Shown here: one piece after another, positions 46,793-57,773 of the stretch
Numbering within the stretch: position 1 is the stretch's first letter
Layout: each line of letters opens with the position of its first letter
NCBI GenBank assembly: GCA_049975265.1
Contig: JBNGDF010000007.1
Coordinates: 1-64,000 of the forward strand
DNA from: Fidelibacterota bacterium
Lineage (GTDB): Bacteria; Fidelibacterota; UBA2242
Direction: 5' to 3'
DNA: 64,000 nucleotides
The notes under the pieces: model-generated
What the model saw: the letters and a program-made list of their open reading frames with translations, nothing else
Database searches by the model: none
What the model was told of the DNA's origin: nothing
Program-made: the position numbers and the translations under genes

Positions 46793-48370
46793 TTATTTTC
46801 TCCTGATTAAGCACGCCGTCAGCAGCGCCGTTAAAGCGATAACGTTTAAAACCCCGAACCAGTTCCCGAAACGGGCATAAATTGTATTCCCGCTGCCCTG
46901 GCTGATCTCGGCGGACAGCCAGCCCCGCCGTCCAAATTTGATCTGTTTCAGAATTCGCCCCCGGGCATCACAGATACAGGAGACCCCGGTATTGGCGGAG
47001 CGAACCACCGGTACCCGGTTTTCAATGGCACGGAAACGGGCGATCTCCATATGCAGGTAGGGCGCGGAATTGTTGCCATACCAGGCATCATTGCTGACCA
47101 CGATCAGCAACTCGGCACCTTTTCGGATTCCCGCACGTACCACCGCGGGAAAGGTGGATTCATAGCAGATCACACTACTGAAAGCCAGAGTACTATCGGC
47201 ATCCCGCTGCCGGTCCACCCGCAACGGAATCTGAAACAGCGTGGCGCTGTCGCCCGGATGAAAAAGACCCTGTCCCAGATTCAGATCGTTGAGCCCGGGA
47301 AAGAGTTCCGCCAAGGGAATATATTCACCAAAGGGAACCAGCTGCATCTTGCGGTAAGAATTGATCGTTTGCCGGTAAGGATCCAGCAGAAAGGTGGCGT
47401 TATAAACCCGATACTGATTTTCGCCGATAAACTCATAATCGGGAACACCGGTCAGGAGATAACAATCCAGTTTTCGAAAATGACGATAGATGCGGTGCAG
47501 GGCGCCACCCCGATTTTTCCGCAAATAGGTCGGCGTAGCGGTCTCCGGCCAGACAAGGAGATCGCAGGGCTGTTCTGCCGCAGCCGAATCGCTGAGATCG
47601 TGCAACAGTTGCATCACTTCAACAAAGGAACCCTGCGCCCATTTTTCGTTGGGGTCCACATTCGGCTGAATCAGAGCAACATGGACTTTCCGGTCGGTCG
47701 CCCGCTCGCTTTCCCGGCGTAATGCCAGAGCACCAAAAAATTCCAGGAAGACAAACAGGATTACGATTGCCAATATCGGGCGCATAATCCGGCTCCGCTC
47801 CCGCCCGGATTGCAACCAGGCGTGAACCAGCAGCACATTTACCAGAACAATAAAAAAACTTATCCCGTTGGCACCAACAACCGATACAATCTGAATCAGC
47901 TGCGTCGCCCGACTCTGTGAATAGGCGAGATTGTTCCAGGTAAAACCCAATTTTCCGAAAGAGCGCAAATACTCCACCGCAACCCAGACCACCGGCCAGG
48001 ACCAGAGACCTGCCAGGCGTCCCCAGCGCCGCCCGATCCAGCCTACCAGAATACCGATCAATCCGTAATTCAGCGCCAGAAAGAGTACCGCCGCAATCAT
48101 GGACAGAGTAGCCCAGTACCACTGGGTTCCCTTGTTCAGTGCCAGCCAGTACATGATTCCCAGGTTCAGCAGCAGCCCGAAAAGAAAGCCCTTTTCAAAT
48201 CCCAGGTGATAATCTTCTTTGATAAAAAGCAGCATCAAGGGAATCAGTCCCAGATAGGCTAAAAATCCCAGCGGGAGTGGCGGAAAGGCACTTACCGTCA
48301 GGATTCCCGAGCTGAGAATCAACAGCCAGTCAGGAACAGGCTGGAGACGCTGGATCGGCGTTTGGTTCAC
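46793..48370 (-). CDS. lnt: Apolipoprotein N-acyltransferase
   Basis: QPN, WPET, KMQLVPFGEY, ICYE, NDAWY, RAIEN, ANTG. Confidence 0.94.
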   Translation of the reverse strand: MNQTPIQRLQPVPDWLLILSSGILTVSAFPPLPLGFLAYLGLIPLMLLFIKEDYHLGFEKGFLFGLLLNLGIMYWLALNKGTQWYWATLSMIAAVLFLALNYGLIGILVGWIGRRWGRLAGLWSWPVVWVAVEYLRSFGKLGFTWNNLAYSQSRATQLIQIVSVVGANGISFFIVLVNVLLVHAWLQSGRERSRIMRPILAIVILFVFLEFFGALALRRESERATDRKVHVALIQPNVDPNEKWAQGSFVEVMQLLHDLSDSAAAEQPCDLLVWPETATPTYLRKNRGGALHRIYRHFRKLDCYLLTGVPDYEFIGENQYRVYNATFLLDPYRQTINSYRKMQLVPFGEYIPLAELFPGLNDLNLGQGLFHPGDSATLFQIPLRVDRQRDADSTLAFSSVICYESTFPAVVRAGIRKGAELLIVVSNDAWYGNNSAPYLHMEIARFRAIENRVPVVRSANTGVSCICDARGRILKQIKFGRRGWLSAEISQGSGNTIYARFGNWFGVLNVIALTALLTACLIRRK

Positions 48371-48413
48371 ACGGCTCCGTAGGCGTGATAGGACTTAATA
48401 ACTGACAAGAACG

Positions 48414-48716
48414 CTATTTTTTCAGAGCGGCTTTGATCAGTTTGCCGGGTTTGAAATGGGTCTTTTTACGGGGCGGAACATAAACAACCTCATTGGTGCG
48501 TGGATTCCGGGCTTTTGGCTTAGCCTTGGTAGGCTTTACTTCGAAAACACCAAAGCCGCGAATCTCAATCCGCAGGCTGGGAGTCTTTTCACTAAGCATT
48601 TCCCGCAGTGTGACAAAGACACCGTCCACGATATCCTCAGTGTCGGTGACTTTCAAATCCAAACGATCCGCGGTAGCCTTTACAATGTCCCGTTTTGTAT
48701 AGGTTCGGGTTCGCAT
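48414..48716 (-). CDS. HU/IHF family DNA-binding protein
   Basis: IEIRGFGVFEV..ARNPRT..FKPGK. Confidence 0.92.
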   Translation of the reverse strand: MRTRTYTKRDIVKATADRLDLKVTDTEDIVDGVFVTLREMLSEKTPSLRIEIRGFGVFEVKPTKAKPKARNPRTNEVVYVPPRKKTHFKPGKLIKAALKK

Positions 48717-48728
48717 GCAATTCCTCCT

Positions 48729-50915
48729 TTATTTGCGTTCAACCGATATAATTCCCTGGATACTCTGGATCTTGCCGATAATACGCTCCAGATGGTTCAG
48801 ATTACCAACCTGAAGTACCAGAGAAACATGAATAATGGTATCATCAACGTTTCCGTCAATGCTGACAATGTTCGTATTGGTGGACGAGATACTATCGATG
48901 ACATCTCTCAGAAAATGTTTGCGCTCCTGCGCCATGATCTTGAGCTGCGCCAGAAACTGCTGGTTCCTATCCACATCCCAATCGACATCCAACAGCCGCT
49001 CGTTCTCTTTCAGAAGTGCCGGGATGTTGCTGCAATCGCTTTTATGGATAATGATGCCGCGCCCGCGGCTGACAAAACCGATGATCGGATCACCGGGAAT
49101 TGGATTGCAGCATTTGGCAAAATTTACCATCATATTCACGATGCCGTGGACCTTGACCCCTTTGATATTGCGGCGTGCCTTCTCAATAAACAGGGCGTCC
49201 AGGTCTTTCTGTTCCCGTTCTGACGACGGACTGTCCTGGGGGAAGAGTTTGGAATAGATCGCCGGAACGGTGATCAGCCCGCTGCCGACAGCGGCATAAA
49301 ATTTGTCCAAATCCTCATGCCCGAACTCCCGAAATCTCTTCTGCACCGTTTTGGCAAAGCCCAGACGCCGGTTCTTCTGTTTCTCCTTCTCGATGATCTC
49401 TTTACCCAAGCGCACACTCTCATCGAACTGGGTTTTACGGATAAAGCGCTTGATCGCCCCCATTGCTTTCGAGGTTTTAACAAATTTCAGCCAGGCGTAG
49501 CTGGGTCGCTGATTTTCGGAAGTAATAATTTCTACGGTTTCACCGCTCTTCAGTTCGGTATTCAGCGGCACCATTTTCCCGTCTACTTTGGCGCCGATAC
49601 AGTGATAACCGATCACCGTATGAACCTCAAACGCAAAATCCACCGGCGTGGCACCTTTGGGCAAACGGATCAGGTCACCCATCGGCGTAAAAACAAAAAT
49701 TTCATCCTTGAAGAGATCGATCTTCAGGGTATCCATAAAGTCTTTCGGGTCACTGGATTCGGTCTGCAGCACATCGATCAGATCGCGCAGCCAGGCGACA
49801 TATTTATCCACCTCATCGCTCCGGGTCCGCCCCTCTTTATAACGCCAGTGTGCTGCGATACCCTCCTCAGCAATTCGGTCCATTTCAGCCGTGCGAATCT
49901 GGATCTCCACCATGCGACCGGCTTCTCCGTAGACCGTCGTGTGGATCGATTGATAGTAATTTGCTTTATGATTGGCAATATAGTCCTTGAAGCGGTCCAT
50001 TACCGGTGTAAACAGGTCATGGACAACTCCCAGAACCGAATAGCACTCGTCCTTGGTGGAGACAATGACCCGGATGGCAAGCAGATCGTAAATCTCCTCA
50101 AAGGGCTTGTTGCGGGTCTTCATTTTTTTATAGATGGAATAAAAATTTTTTGGTCGTCCAAAAATACGCGCCTTAATACCCAGCTTCCCCAAGGCTCCCT
50201 GCAGCGGTTCAACGAAGGTGCTGATATATTTTTCCCGTTCGATCTGCTTCTCCCGGACCTTTTTCGCCAGGAATTTATACGCTTCGGGGTCCAGGATTTT
50301 CAGTACGAGGTCTTCCAGAGTGGATTTCACCTGATACATTCCCAGACGGTGCGCCAGCGGGGCATAGACATCCCGGGTCTCGATTGCAATCCGGCGACGT
50401 TTGACCGGCGGGAGCGAATCCAGCGTGCGCATATTGTGGGTTCGGTCAGCCAGCTTGATGATCAGGACCCGGATATCCTCCGCCACGCTGAGCAGCATTT
50501 TGCGGAAATTGTCCGCCTGCTGCTCCTGACGGTTGCGAAAACTGATCCCGCTGATTTTCGTAACCCCTTCCACCAATTTCGCGATTTCTGTACCAAAGCG
50601 AACCTGTAAATCTTCGTAGCGAATACCGGTATCTTCGATGACATCGTGCAGCAGACCACAGGCGATGGTGATGGGATCCATGTTCATTTCCGCCAGAATT
50701 TTCGCCGTCTGATAGGGGTGTTCGAAATAGGGTTCGCCGGACTTGCGGAGCTGACCGCGGTGGGCATCTCTGGCATAGCGATAGACCTCCCAGAGCAGGT
50801 CTTCATCGGCTTTGCTAAAAGAGGGTCCCCGCCCGGACGAATTCACCAGGGCGTAAAACTTTTGGGGTCGCCGTTCGCGGCGGGTCCGTACCTTTGCCAG
50901 CAGCGGTTTAACCAT
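48729..50915 (-). CDS. rel: Bifunctional (p)ppGpp synthetase/hydrolase (Rel/SpoT)
   Basis: LLHDVIED, KLADRTHN, YQSIHT, EIQIRT, TGS and ACT domains. Confidence 0.94.
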   Translation of the reverse strand: MVKPLLAKVRTRRERRPQKFYALVNSSGRGPSFSKADEDLLWEVYRYARDAHRGQLRKSGEPYFEHPYQTAKILAEMNMDPITIACGLLHDVIEDTGIRYEDLQVRFGTEIAKLVEGVTKISGISFRNRQEQQADNFRKMLLSVAEDIRVLIIKLADRTHNMRTLDSLPPVKRRRIAIETRDVYAPLAHRLGMYQVKSTLEDLVLKILDPEAYKFLAKKVREKQIEREKYISTFVEPLQGALGKLGIKARIFGRPKNFYSIYKKMKTRNKPFEEIYDLLAIRVIVSTKDECYSVLGVVHDLFTPVMDRFKDYIANHKANYYQSIHTTVYGEAGRMVEIQIRTAEMDRIAEEGIAAHWRYKEGRTRSDEVDKYVAWLRDLIDVLQTESSDPKDFMDTLKIDLFKDEIFVFTPMGDLIRLPKGATPVDFAFEVHTVIGYHCIGAKVDGKMVPLNTELKSGETVEIITSENQRPSYAWLKFVKTSKAMGAIKRFIRKTQFDESVRLGKEIIEKEKQKNRRLGFAKTVQKRFREFGHEDLDKFYAAVGSGLITVPAIYSKLFPQDSPSSEREQKDLDALFIEKARRNIKGVKVHGIVNMMVNFAKCCNPIPGDPIIGFVSRGRGIIIHKSDCSNIPALLKENERLLDVDWDVDRNQQFLAQLKIMAQERKHFLRDVIDSISSTNTNIVSIDGNVDDTIIHVSLVLQVGNLNHLERIIGKIQSIQGIISVERK

Positions 50916-52297
50916 TAAAAGGGTACCCCTGTCAGGTCTTCGCGGCGTGGTGCCAGATTTTCAAAACGGGCATATTTGTCGATAAATACCAGATGGACGG
51001 TATCGGTAGGTCCGTTGCGCTGTTTCGCCACAATGATCTCCGCCTTACGCTCATCTTCCAGGGTCATCTCTTCGTCCATGCGGCGTTTGTAAACCACCGG
51101 TCGATAGATAAACATTACCACATCGGCATCCTGTTCAATTGCTCCCGATTCCCGTAAATCCGAGAGCTGCGGACGGTGATCTCCAGCCCGGTTTTCCACG
51201 GCGCGGGAGAGCTGCGACAACGCCAGCACCGGAATGCTCAGCTCCTTCGCCAGCGCCTTCAGACTGCGTGAAATTTCGGTAATCTCCTGCTGCCGGCTTT
51301 CCGCCTTGTGCCCCTTAATCAGCTGCAGATAATCCACCACCACCATCTGCACGTTGTGTTCGGCTTTCAGGCGCCGCGCCTTGGCTCGAATCTCCATCAT
51401 CGACAGCGCTGGTGAATCGTCGATAAAAATCGGCGCTTTCGCCAGCCGTCCGGTCTTTTCGCTCAGCCGCCGCCATTGATCCTGAGGTAATTTTCCCGTC
51501 CGGACCAGATGGCTGTCGACTTCGGCTTCGGCACAGAGCAGGCGCATCGCCAGCTGGTAATCCGCCATTTCCAAACTGAAAAATCCTACGGGAACATTGT
51601 ACACCACCGCCGAATTCCGGACAATAGAGAGCGCCAGCGCCGTTTTGCCCATACTCGGGCGACCCGCCAGAATCACCAGGTCCCCGTTCTGAAAACCGGA
51701 GGTCAGATCATCCAGTTCAATAATGCCGGTGGGCACACCGGTGGTGTGAAATTTCTTCTGATGAATGCTGTCGATGTGTTCGAAAGTCTGGGTCAGAACA
51801 CTGCTGAAGCTTTTGAAACCGGCTTTCAGGCGGCTCTCAGAAAGGGCAAAAATCCGCTGTTCGGCGCTGTCCAGAATATCAAAAGCCGCCTCCTTGGCTT
51901 CGTACGCTTCGCTCTGAATCTCCGTGGCGGAAATAATCAGCTTGCGCAGGATGGATTTTTCCAATACAATTTTGGCGTAATGTTCCACATTGGCGGAAGT
52001 GGGCGTCGCCTCCACCAGTCCGGTGATGTAATAGGCACCGCCGGCTTTGTCCAGCTGTTTCATCCGCTTCAACCGATCGATCACACTCACCTGGTCAATC
52101 GGTTCGCCCTCTTCAAAGAGTTCCATCATCGCCCGAAATATCAGCTGGTGAGCATCTTTGTAAAAGGCGGTATAATCGAGATGCTGGAGGGCTTTACTCA
52201 CCGCCTCCTTATCCAGCATCATCGCTCCCAGAACCGATTCTTCCGCCTCATCAGCATGGGGTGGAACACGTAAATAGCTGGCCTCTTGTTCCGGCAC
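50915..52297 (-). CDS. dnaB: Replicative DNA helicase
   Basis: GRPSMGKT, FSLEM, DYLQL, SDLRESGAIEQDAD, KQRNG. Confidence 0.97.
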   Translation of the reverse strand: MPEQEASYLRVPPHADEAEESVLGAMMLDKEAVSKALQHLDYTAFYKDAHQLIFRAMMELFEEGEPIDQVSVIDRLKRMKQLDKAGGAYYITGLVEATPTSANVEHYAKIVLEKSILRKLIISATEIQSEAYEAKEAAFDILDSAEQRIFALSESRLKAGFKSFSSVLTQTFEHIDSIHQKKFHTTGVPTGIIELDDLTSGFQNGDLVILAGRPSMGKTALALSIVRNSAVVYNVPVGFFSLEMADYQLAMRLLCAEAEVDSHLVRTGKLPQDQWRRLSEKTGRLAKAPIFIDDSPALSMMEIRAKARRLKAEHNVQMVVVDYLQLIKGHKAESRQQEITEISRSLKALAKELSIPVLALSQLSRAVENRAGDHRPQLSDLRESGAIEQDADVVMFIYRPVVYKRRMDEEMTLEDERKAEIIVAKQRNGPTDTVHLVFIDKYARFENLAPRREDLTGVPF

Positions 52298-52998
52298 TAT
52301 TGACTCCCACGTTTGGCATTAAATAAATTTCGGATTTTCTTAAAATCTTCCCAGGCAAATTTCTTCAGACCTTCGTTGCGCAAGAGTGCCGCCGGATGAT
52401 AGGTTACCATCAGGTCCACACCATGATAATTATACACATTTCCCCGCATATCCCGCAGATTTGTTTCGACCCGCAACAGGGTGCGGGCAGCCGTCAGTCC
52501 CAGACAGACAATCAGAGCCGGACGAATCAACTCAATCTGCTGCTGCAGGTAGGGTTCGCAATTTTCAATCTCGGAGCTGCTGGGCGTCCGATTGCCCGGC
52601 GGTCGGCATTTTAAAATATTGGCAATGAAGACCTCTTGGCGCTCGAGGTGGATCGCCGCCAGAATTTTATCCAGCAGCTGCCCGGCGCGACCGACAAAGG
52701 GTTTCCCCTGTAAATCCTCCTGCTGTCCCGGCGCTTCACCGACAAACAGCAGATCGGCATTCCGGTTACCGGCACCGAACACCACCTTGGTCCGCGTTTT
52801 GGCTAAATCACACTTTTGACAATTCAATACCCGGTTTTCCAGTTCCTCCCAATCCATTGGCTCCAGCGACGCAAGGTCTGACGTCTGTGTCCCGCTGGCA
52901 ACCTGCCGAGTCTCCGGTTTTACATAAAACTCATCGGTAAAGAGCTCTGCCTGTTGCAGAAAAAAATCTCTGACCGGATTATCCGAGCTGCGCATCAT
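52297..52998 (-). CDS. Uracil-DNA glycosylase family 4
   Basis: CQKC, GEAPG..E...G.PFVG, KCRPPGNR, TYHPAALLR. Confidence 0.92.
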   Translation of the reverse strand: MMRSSDNPVRDFFLQQAELFTDEFYVKPETRQVASGTQTSDLASLEPMDWEELENRVLNCQKCDLAKTRTKVVFGAGNRNADLLFVGEAPGQQEDLQGKPFVGRAGQLLDKILAAIHLERQEVFIANILKCRPPGNRTPSSSEIENCEPYLQQQIELIRPALIVCLGLTAARTLLRVETNLRDMRGNVYNYHGVDLMVTYHPAALLRNEGLKKFAWEDFKKIRNLFNAKRGSQ

Positions 52999-54197
52999 GC
53001 TTCCTTCCGATGCCATAAAATCTGTTCAATCAACTGGTCTGCGATCGTGCGTTTCGACGCCAGCGGAAAGTGCCACTCCTGCCCATCGGCGGCAATCAGC
53101 AGAACCGCATTGGTGTCGGTGCCAAAAGCGCTGCCCGGCTCGGCGGGATTGTTCCAGACGATATAATCGGCTCCCTTGGTCCGCAGCTTTTCCAGCGAAC
53201 GCTGGCGCCCATCCTCCATCTCAACGCTGAATGCCACAATGCAGCAATCGGGATTCGACCGGCGATACCCTGTCACCAAATCGGGCGACCGGGTAATGGC
53301 AATGGAATCCGGCAGCGCCCCTTTTTTGAGCTTGGTCGGCTGGGGTTTGGCGGGTACAATATCCTCCACCGCCGCCGCCATGAAAAGGAAATCGGCATTC
53401 TTGCCCTGCTCAATCATCGCCTGATGCATCTCGTCAGCGCTTTCCACATTGATAACCTGAACCTCCGGTGGCGCAATCTCGTGACTGGGTCCACTGATCA
53501 GAATCACATCGGCGCCCCGACGCCGGGCTTCTGCTGCCAGGGCATAGCCCATTTTACCAGTGGAACGATTGCTGATAAAGCGCACCGGGTCCAAATACTC
53601 CCGGGTAGGTCCGGCAGTCACGACGACCCGTTTGCCACGCAGCTGATCACATATTCCAAGGCGCTGGCGCACGACTTCCAGAATGCGATTTTCATCCGCC
53701 AGCCGTCCCGGTCCGTCATCATTACAGGCGAGCGCGCCACTCTCCGGGTGGATAAATCCATAGCCCAGCTCTTCCAGTCTGCCGATATTCGCCTGAGTGA
53801 CGGGATTCAGATACATGTGACTGTTCATTGCCGGAGCAAAAACCGTTTTGGGACCGGCGGCTAAAATGACCGTGCTGAGCATATCGTCCGCGATACCGTG
53901 GGCGGCTTTGGCGATAATGTTAGCGGTTGCCGGACAGACAAGTACCAGATCGGCATCACAGCCCAGATCAATATGCCGGGTCGCAACCCGCTCCCTGGTA
54001 AACATTCCGGTCACCACCGCTTTCCCGCTGAAGGTCTCAAAAATTCGGGGCGACATAAACTGCTGTGCGGCGTCTGTCATGATCACGCTGACATCCAGTT
54101 CCAGCTCATTTACCAGCCGGCGCAGCAGCCCGGCGGATTTATAGATGGCAATGCCCCCCGTCAATCCGAGGGTAATCCGTTTACTCTTCCAGTTCAC
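52995..54197 (-). CDS. coaBC: Bifunctional CoaBC
   Basis: TGGIAIYK, PATAN, PAMN, TAGPTRE.DPVRFISNRSTGKMG; start placed at GTG 54197. Confidence 0.93.
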   Translation of the reverse strand: MNWKSKRITLGLTGGIAIYKSAGLLRRLVNELELDVSVIMTDAAQQFMSPRIFETFSGKAVVTGMFTRERVATRHIDLGCDADLVLVCPATANIIAKAAHGIADDMLSTVILAAGPKTVFAPAMNSHMYLNPVTQANIGRLEELGYGFIHPESGALACNDDGPGRLADENRILEVVRQRLGICDQLRGKRVVVTAGPTREYLDPVRFISNRSTGKMGYALAAEARRRGADVILISGPSHEIAPPEVQVINVESADEMHQAMIEQGKNADFLFMAAAVEDIVPAKPQPTKLKKGALPDSIAITRSPDLVTGYRRSNPDCCIVAFSVEMEDGRQRSLEKLRTKGADYIVWNNPAEPGSAFGTDTNAVLLIAADGQEWHFPLASKRTIADQLIEQILWHRKEA

Positions 54198-54504
54198 CTT
54201 CAATGTCTTCCGGATATTCGTCCTCTTTCTGACTGACCGATGCATAGCGATATTCCAGCTTGTCCGCCAACAGCTCGTTCAGCGCGGTGGTCACCGGTTT
54301 ATCGACACTGTCCCAGTCGCGCTCATCCACCTCTTCCGGTGATACCTCAAAGGTCTCCTCTTCGCCCTCTGTCATTGTCGGCAGAGGGTCACGGGCGATG
54401 CGCAGAGCCGCAATCTGGCGGGCACGTTTGGAAGCCGCCACAACCAGCTCGAAGATATCGTCGGACTTTTTTGTCAATTTCGAAAAATCAAGAGTCGTTG
54501 TCAT
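54181..54504 (-). CDS. rpoZ: RNA polymerase omega subunit
   Basis: FELVVAASKRARQI..KPVTTALNE; gmk-rpoZ-coaBC synteny. Confidence 0.85.
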   Translation of the reverse strand: MTTTLDFSKLTKKSDDIFELVVAASKRARQIAALRIARDPLPTMTEGEEETFEVSPEEVDERDWDSVDKPVTTALNELLADKLEYRYASVSQKEDEYPEDIEGELEE

Positions 54505-55070
54505 GTCTGAGTATGCTCCTCTATTTTTTTTAATATGGTCTCAACAGTGCAATCCAGCTGATCATTTACAATTTGATAGTCAAATTGTTCACCCAGTCGC
54601 AATTCATCGGGAATACGGGCTTTGCGCCGGGAAATGGACTGCTCGTCATCGGTCCCGCGACCTTTCAGCCGTCGCAGCAGTTCGCTTTGACTGGGGGGTC
54701 GCAAAAAAATCGCCACGGTCTGATCGGGGTAGCCCCGTTTAATCGCCAGCGCTCCCTTGACGTCAATATCCAGCAGTAAAATGTTACCCGCGGTGATGGC
54801 GGAGTCGATCGTACTCCGCAATGTGCCGTAGTAATTACCAAAAACCTCCTCGTATTCCGCCAACTTCCCGGCGCGGATGTACTGCTGGAATTCAGACCGG
54901 GATACAAAATAGTAATCCACACCGTTCCGCTCTGTCCGGCGTGGTGGTCGGGTAGTCACCGATACCGAAAAGACAAAGCGCCGATCGGAAGCCAGCAGCC
55001 GGCGACAGATGGTGGTCTTCCCCGTTCCCGAGGGTGCGGCAATGGGCAGTAATAGTCCTTTAGCACTCAT
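54501..55070 (-). CDS. gmk: Guanylate kinase
   Basis: APSGTGKTT, SVTTRPPR, YYGT. Confidence 0.95.
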   Translation of the reverse strand: MSAKGLLLPIAAPSGTGKTTICRRLLASDRRFVFSVSVTTRPPRRTERNGVDYYFVSRSEFQQYIRAGKLAEYEEVFGNYYGTLRSTIDSAITAGNILLLDIDVKGALAIKRGYPDQTVAIFLRPPSQSELLRRLKGRGTDDEQSISRRKARIPDELRLGEQFDYQIVNDQLDCTVETILKKIEEHTQT

Positions 55071-55945
55071 AAAATATTCTGAGCCTGTTCCCGAATTTTT
55101 TCCAGTTCGTTTTTCACCTCCACAGCCCGATAGGAGATTTCGGCATCTTCTGACTTGGCTCCGATGGTGCTGATTTCCCGGTTCATCTCCTGAATCAAAA
55201 AGGTCATGCGTTTACCCACCGGTTCCATCAGATTAAAATAGCCACGGAACTGCTGAATATGACTGTTCAGGCGGACACACTCTTCACTGATATCGATTCG
55301 TTTCACATAGAGCGCCGCCTCCTGCAAGATGCGGTTGTCGTCCACCTCCAGATCATTCACCAGGAGCCGCAATTTCTCTTTGAATTTTTCCAAATAATTC
55401 TCTTTATTGCGGGCAGATATTGCGTGAATCTGCGCCACCAGTTTCTCAATCAGGTCCAGCCGTTTCCGAATCTCCAGTGCCAGATTCTCCCCTTCGCAAA
55501 CCTGCATCTTCCGGACCTCCGCCACCACTTCATCCAGAGCCTGAAAGAGCGCCGGCTGCAAGATATCGGCATCATTTGCGGGTACTTTGACTTCAAAAAT
55601 ATCCGCAAAATTCAGCAGCTGATCCAGAGTCACATCCTCGGAAGCACCCAGCACTTCATTGGCTTCACGCAGCAGGCAATGGTACCGTTCAAAAAGTTCC
55701 CGGTTCAACTGCATGTTCTTCTTATCCGCAGCGGAACCGTTCAGTGTAATGGCAATCTTTATGCGCCCCCGTACCAGCTGATTACTGAAACGGCGTTTGA
55801 TCTCCTCTTCCAGCGGCTCCAGCATTTCGGGAATCCGCATCGAAATATCAAGGTACCTGCTGTTTTCCGAACGTACCTCGATAGCCAGAGAACCCTGATC
55901 CAACTCACGCTCCACTTTTCCAAATCCGGTCATACTTCGCAACAT
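55067..55945 (-). CDS. YicC/YloC family endoribonuclease
   Basis: SMTGFG, QEMNRE, EKIREQAQN. Confidence 0.9.
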   Translation of the reverse strand: MLRSMTGFGKVERELDQGSLAIEVRSENSRYLDISMRIPEMLEPLEEEIKRRFSNQLVRGRIKIAITLNGSAADKKNMQLNRELFERYHCLLREANEVLGASEDVTLDQLLNFADIFEVKVPANDADILQPALFQALDEVVAEVRKMQVCEGENLALEIRKRLDLIEKLVAQIHAISARNKENYLEKFKEKLRLLVNDLEVDDNRILQEAALYVKRIDISEECVRLNSHIQQFRGYFNLMEPVGKRMTFLIQEMNREISTIGAKSEDAEISYRAVEVKNELEKIREQAQNIL

Positions 55946-56152
55946 GCCTGCTCCTGATAATTGCTGAATAAGTTACTCAGATTCCGGCTAACTGTCAAAC
56001 TGAAATATACAGTATTTCTTGTTAATTTTTAATTACTTATAAAAATATTTTACTCCTCGGTTTATATTTTTTCCGGTGCGATCCCAATTGGATAAAAGAA
56101 AAAATTACCGTAAACTTGGTGGGAGCTCAAAGACAATTTATAAAGGAGTACA

Positions 56153-57673
56153 ATGATCAGGACAACGCCCGGATTCGATAGTGAAAAATATCTTGCGGAA
56201 CAGAGCCAGGCGATTCTGAAGCGCATCAACGGTCAGTTCAATAAACTGTATCTGGAATTTGGCGGCAAACTGATCTACGATTACCATGCTGCCAGGGTAC
56301 TGCCGGGTTTCGATCCCAATGTCAAACTGCGCCTGCTGCAGCAATTGAAAGACAAAATCGACGTCATTCTCTGCATCTATGCCGGCGATATCGAACGGAG
56401 TAAAATCCGGGCGGATTTCGGTATCAGCTATGACAACGCTACCCTGAAAACCATTGACGATCTAAAAAATGTCGGTATTACTGTCAGCGCCGTCGTCATC
56501 ACCCGCTTTGACTCCCAGTCCGCGGCGATTACTTTTAAAAACCGGCTGGAGCGACGAGGAATCCGGGTCTTTACCCACGGTTATACCCGGGGCTATCCCA
56601 CCGATCTGGACCTGATCGTCAGCGCAGAAGGCTACGGCGCCAACCGCTACATTGAGACCGAAAAACCGATCGTCGTGGTCTCCGGTCCCGGTCCCAACAG
56701 CGGCAAACTGGCAACCTGTCTTTCACAACTTTATCACGATTACCGCCGCGGTGTTTCCGCCAGTTATGCAAAATTCGAGACTTTTCCCATCTGGAATCTG
56801 CCATTGAAACACCCCGTCAATATGGCGTACGAGTCCGCCACAGCGGACCTTCGGGATGTGAACATGGTCGATCACTTTCATCTGGAAGCATATGGGACAA
56901 CCGCCATCAATTACAACCGTGACATGGAAGCCTTTCCCCTGCTGAAACGGATTCTGGAGCGGATTACCAGACAGCCCTCAATTTATCGATCGCCCACCGA
57001 TATGGGTGTCAATCGCGCCGGATTCGGCATCATTGACGATGAGATTGTCCGGGAAGCCGCCAAACAGGAGATCATTCGTCGCTACTTTCAATACAATGTT
57101 GAGTACGCTTTGGGGCAGACCGACCGCGAAACCGTCGATCGGGCAGAGCTGATTATGAAGGAGCTGAATCTGCTACCAGAGGACCGCCGGGTCGTTACGC
57201 CAGCCCGGGACGCCGCCCGTACCGCCCGAAAACGGCAGGACAATCCCGAAGGTATCTTCTGCGGCGCTGCCATCGAGTTGCCCGACGGCACTATCATCAC
57301 AGGAAAAAATTCGCCCCTGATGCACTCCTGCGCCAGTATGATGCTGAACGCCATTAAACATCTGGCAAAAATTCCCGATACCATGCACCTCCTGCCACCA
57401 AATATCATTCAGTCCCTGACATTCCTGAAAAAAGATATCCTGAAAGGCCAGAAACTCAGCCTTGATCTGGACGAAATTCTGATTGCCCTCGGACTTTCCG
57501 CCGCCAGCAATCCGGCTGCCCAGACGGCGATGCAACAATTGAAGCAGCTACGCAATTGCGAAGTCCATAATAGCCACATCCCCAGCCCCGGTGATGCTGC
57601 CGGTCTGCGCAAACTGGGTGTTCATTACACCAGCGACGCCAAATATCCGTCTCCGGAACTATACCTGGATTAA
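56153..57673 (+). CDS. DUF1846 family protein
   Basis: KLYLEFGGKL..DYHAARVLPGF, GPNSGKLATCLSQLY, YAKFETFP, SPTDMGVN. Confidence 0.88.
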   Translation: MIRTTPGFDSEKYLAEQSQAILKRINGQFNKLYLEFGGKLIYDYHAARVLPGFDPNVKLRLLQQLKDKIDVILCIYAGDIERSKIRADFGISYDNATLKTIDDLKNVGITVSAVVITRFDSQSAAITFKNRLERRGIRVFTHGYTRGYPTDLDLIVSAEGYGANRYIETEKPIVVVSGPGPNSGKLATCLSQLYHDYRRGVSASYAKFETFPIWNLPLKHPVNMAYESATADLRDVNMVDHFHLEAYGTTAINYNRDMEAFPLLKRILERITRQPSIYRSPTDMGVNRAGFGIIDDEIVREAAKQEIIRRYFQYNVEYALGQTDRETVDRAELIMKELNLLPEDRRVVTPARDAARTARKRQDNPEGIFCGAAIELPDGTIITGKNSPLMHSCASMMLNAIKHLAKIPDTMHLLPPNIIQSLTFLKKDILKGQKLSLDLDEILIALGLSAASNPAAQTAMQQLKQLRNCEVHNSHIPSPGDAAGLRKLGVHYTSDAKYPSPELYLD

Positions 57674-57773
57674 ATCGAAGGAGCATTTCATGACCGCTAT
57701 TTGCGTGCCACATAACCCCGAACGGGTAGCAATCGAAGCCGTTGAAAAGCATTATCAATTGGGATAGGATTTC

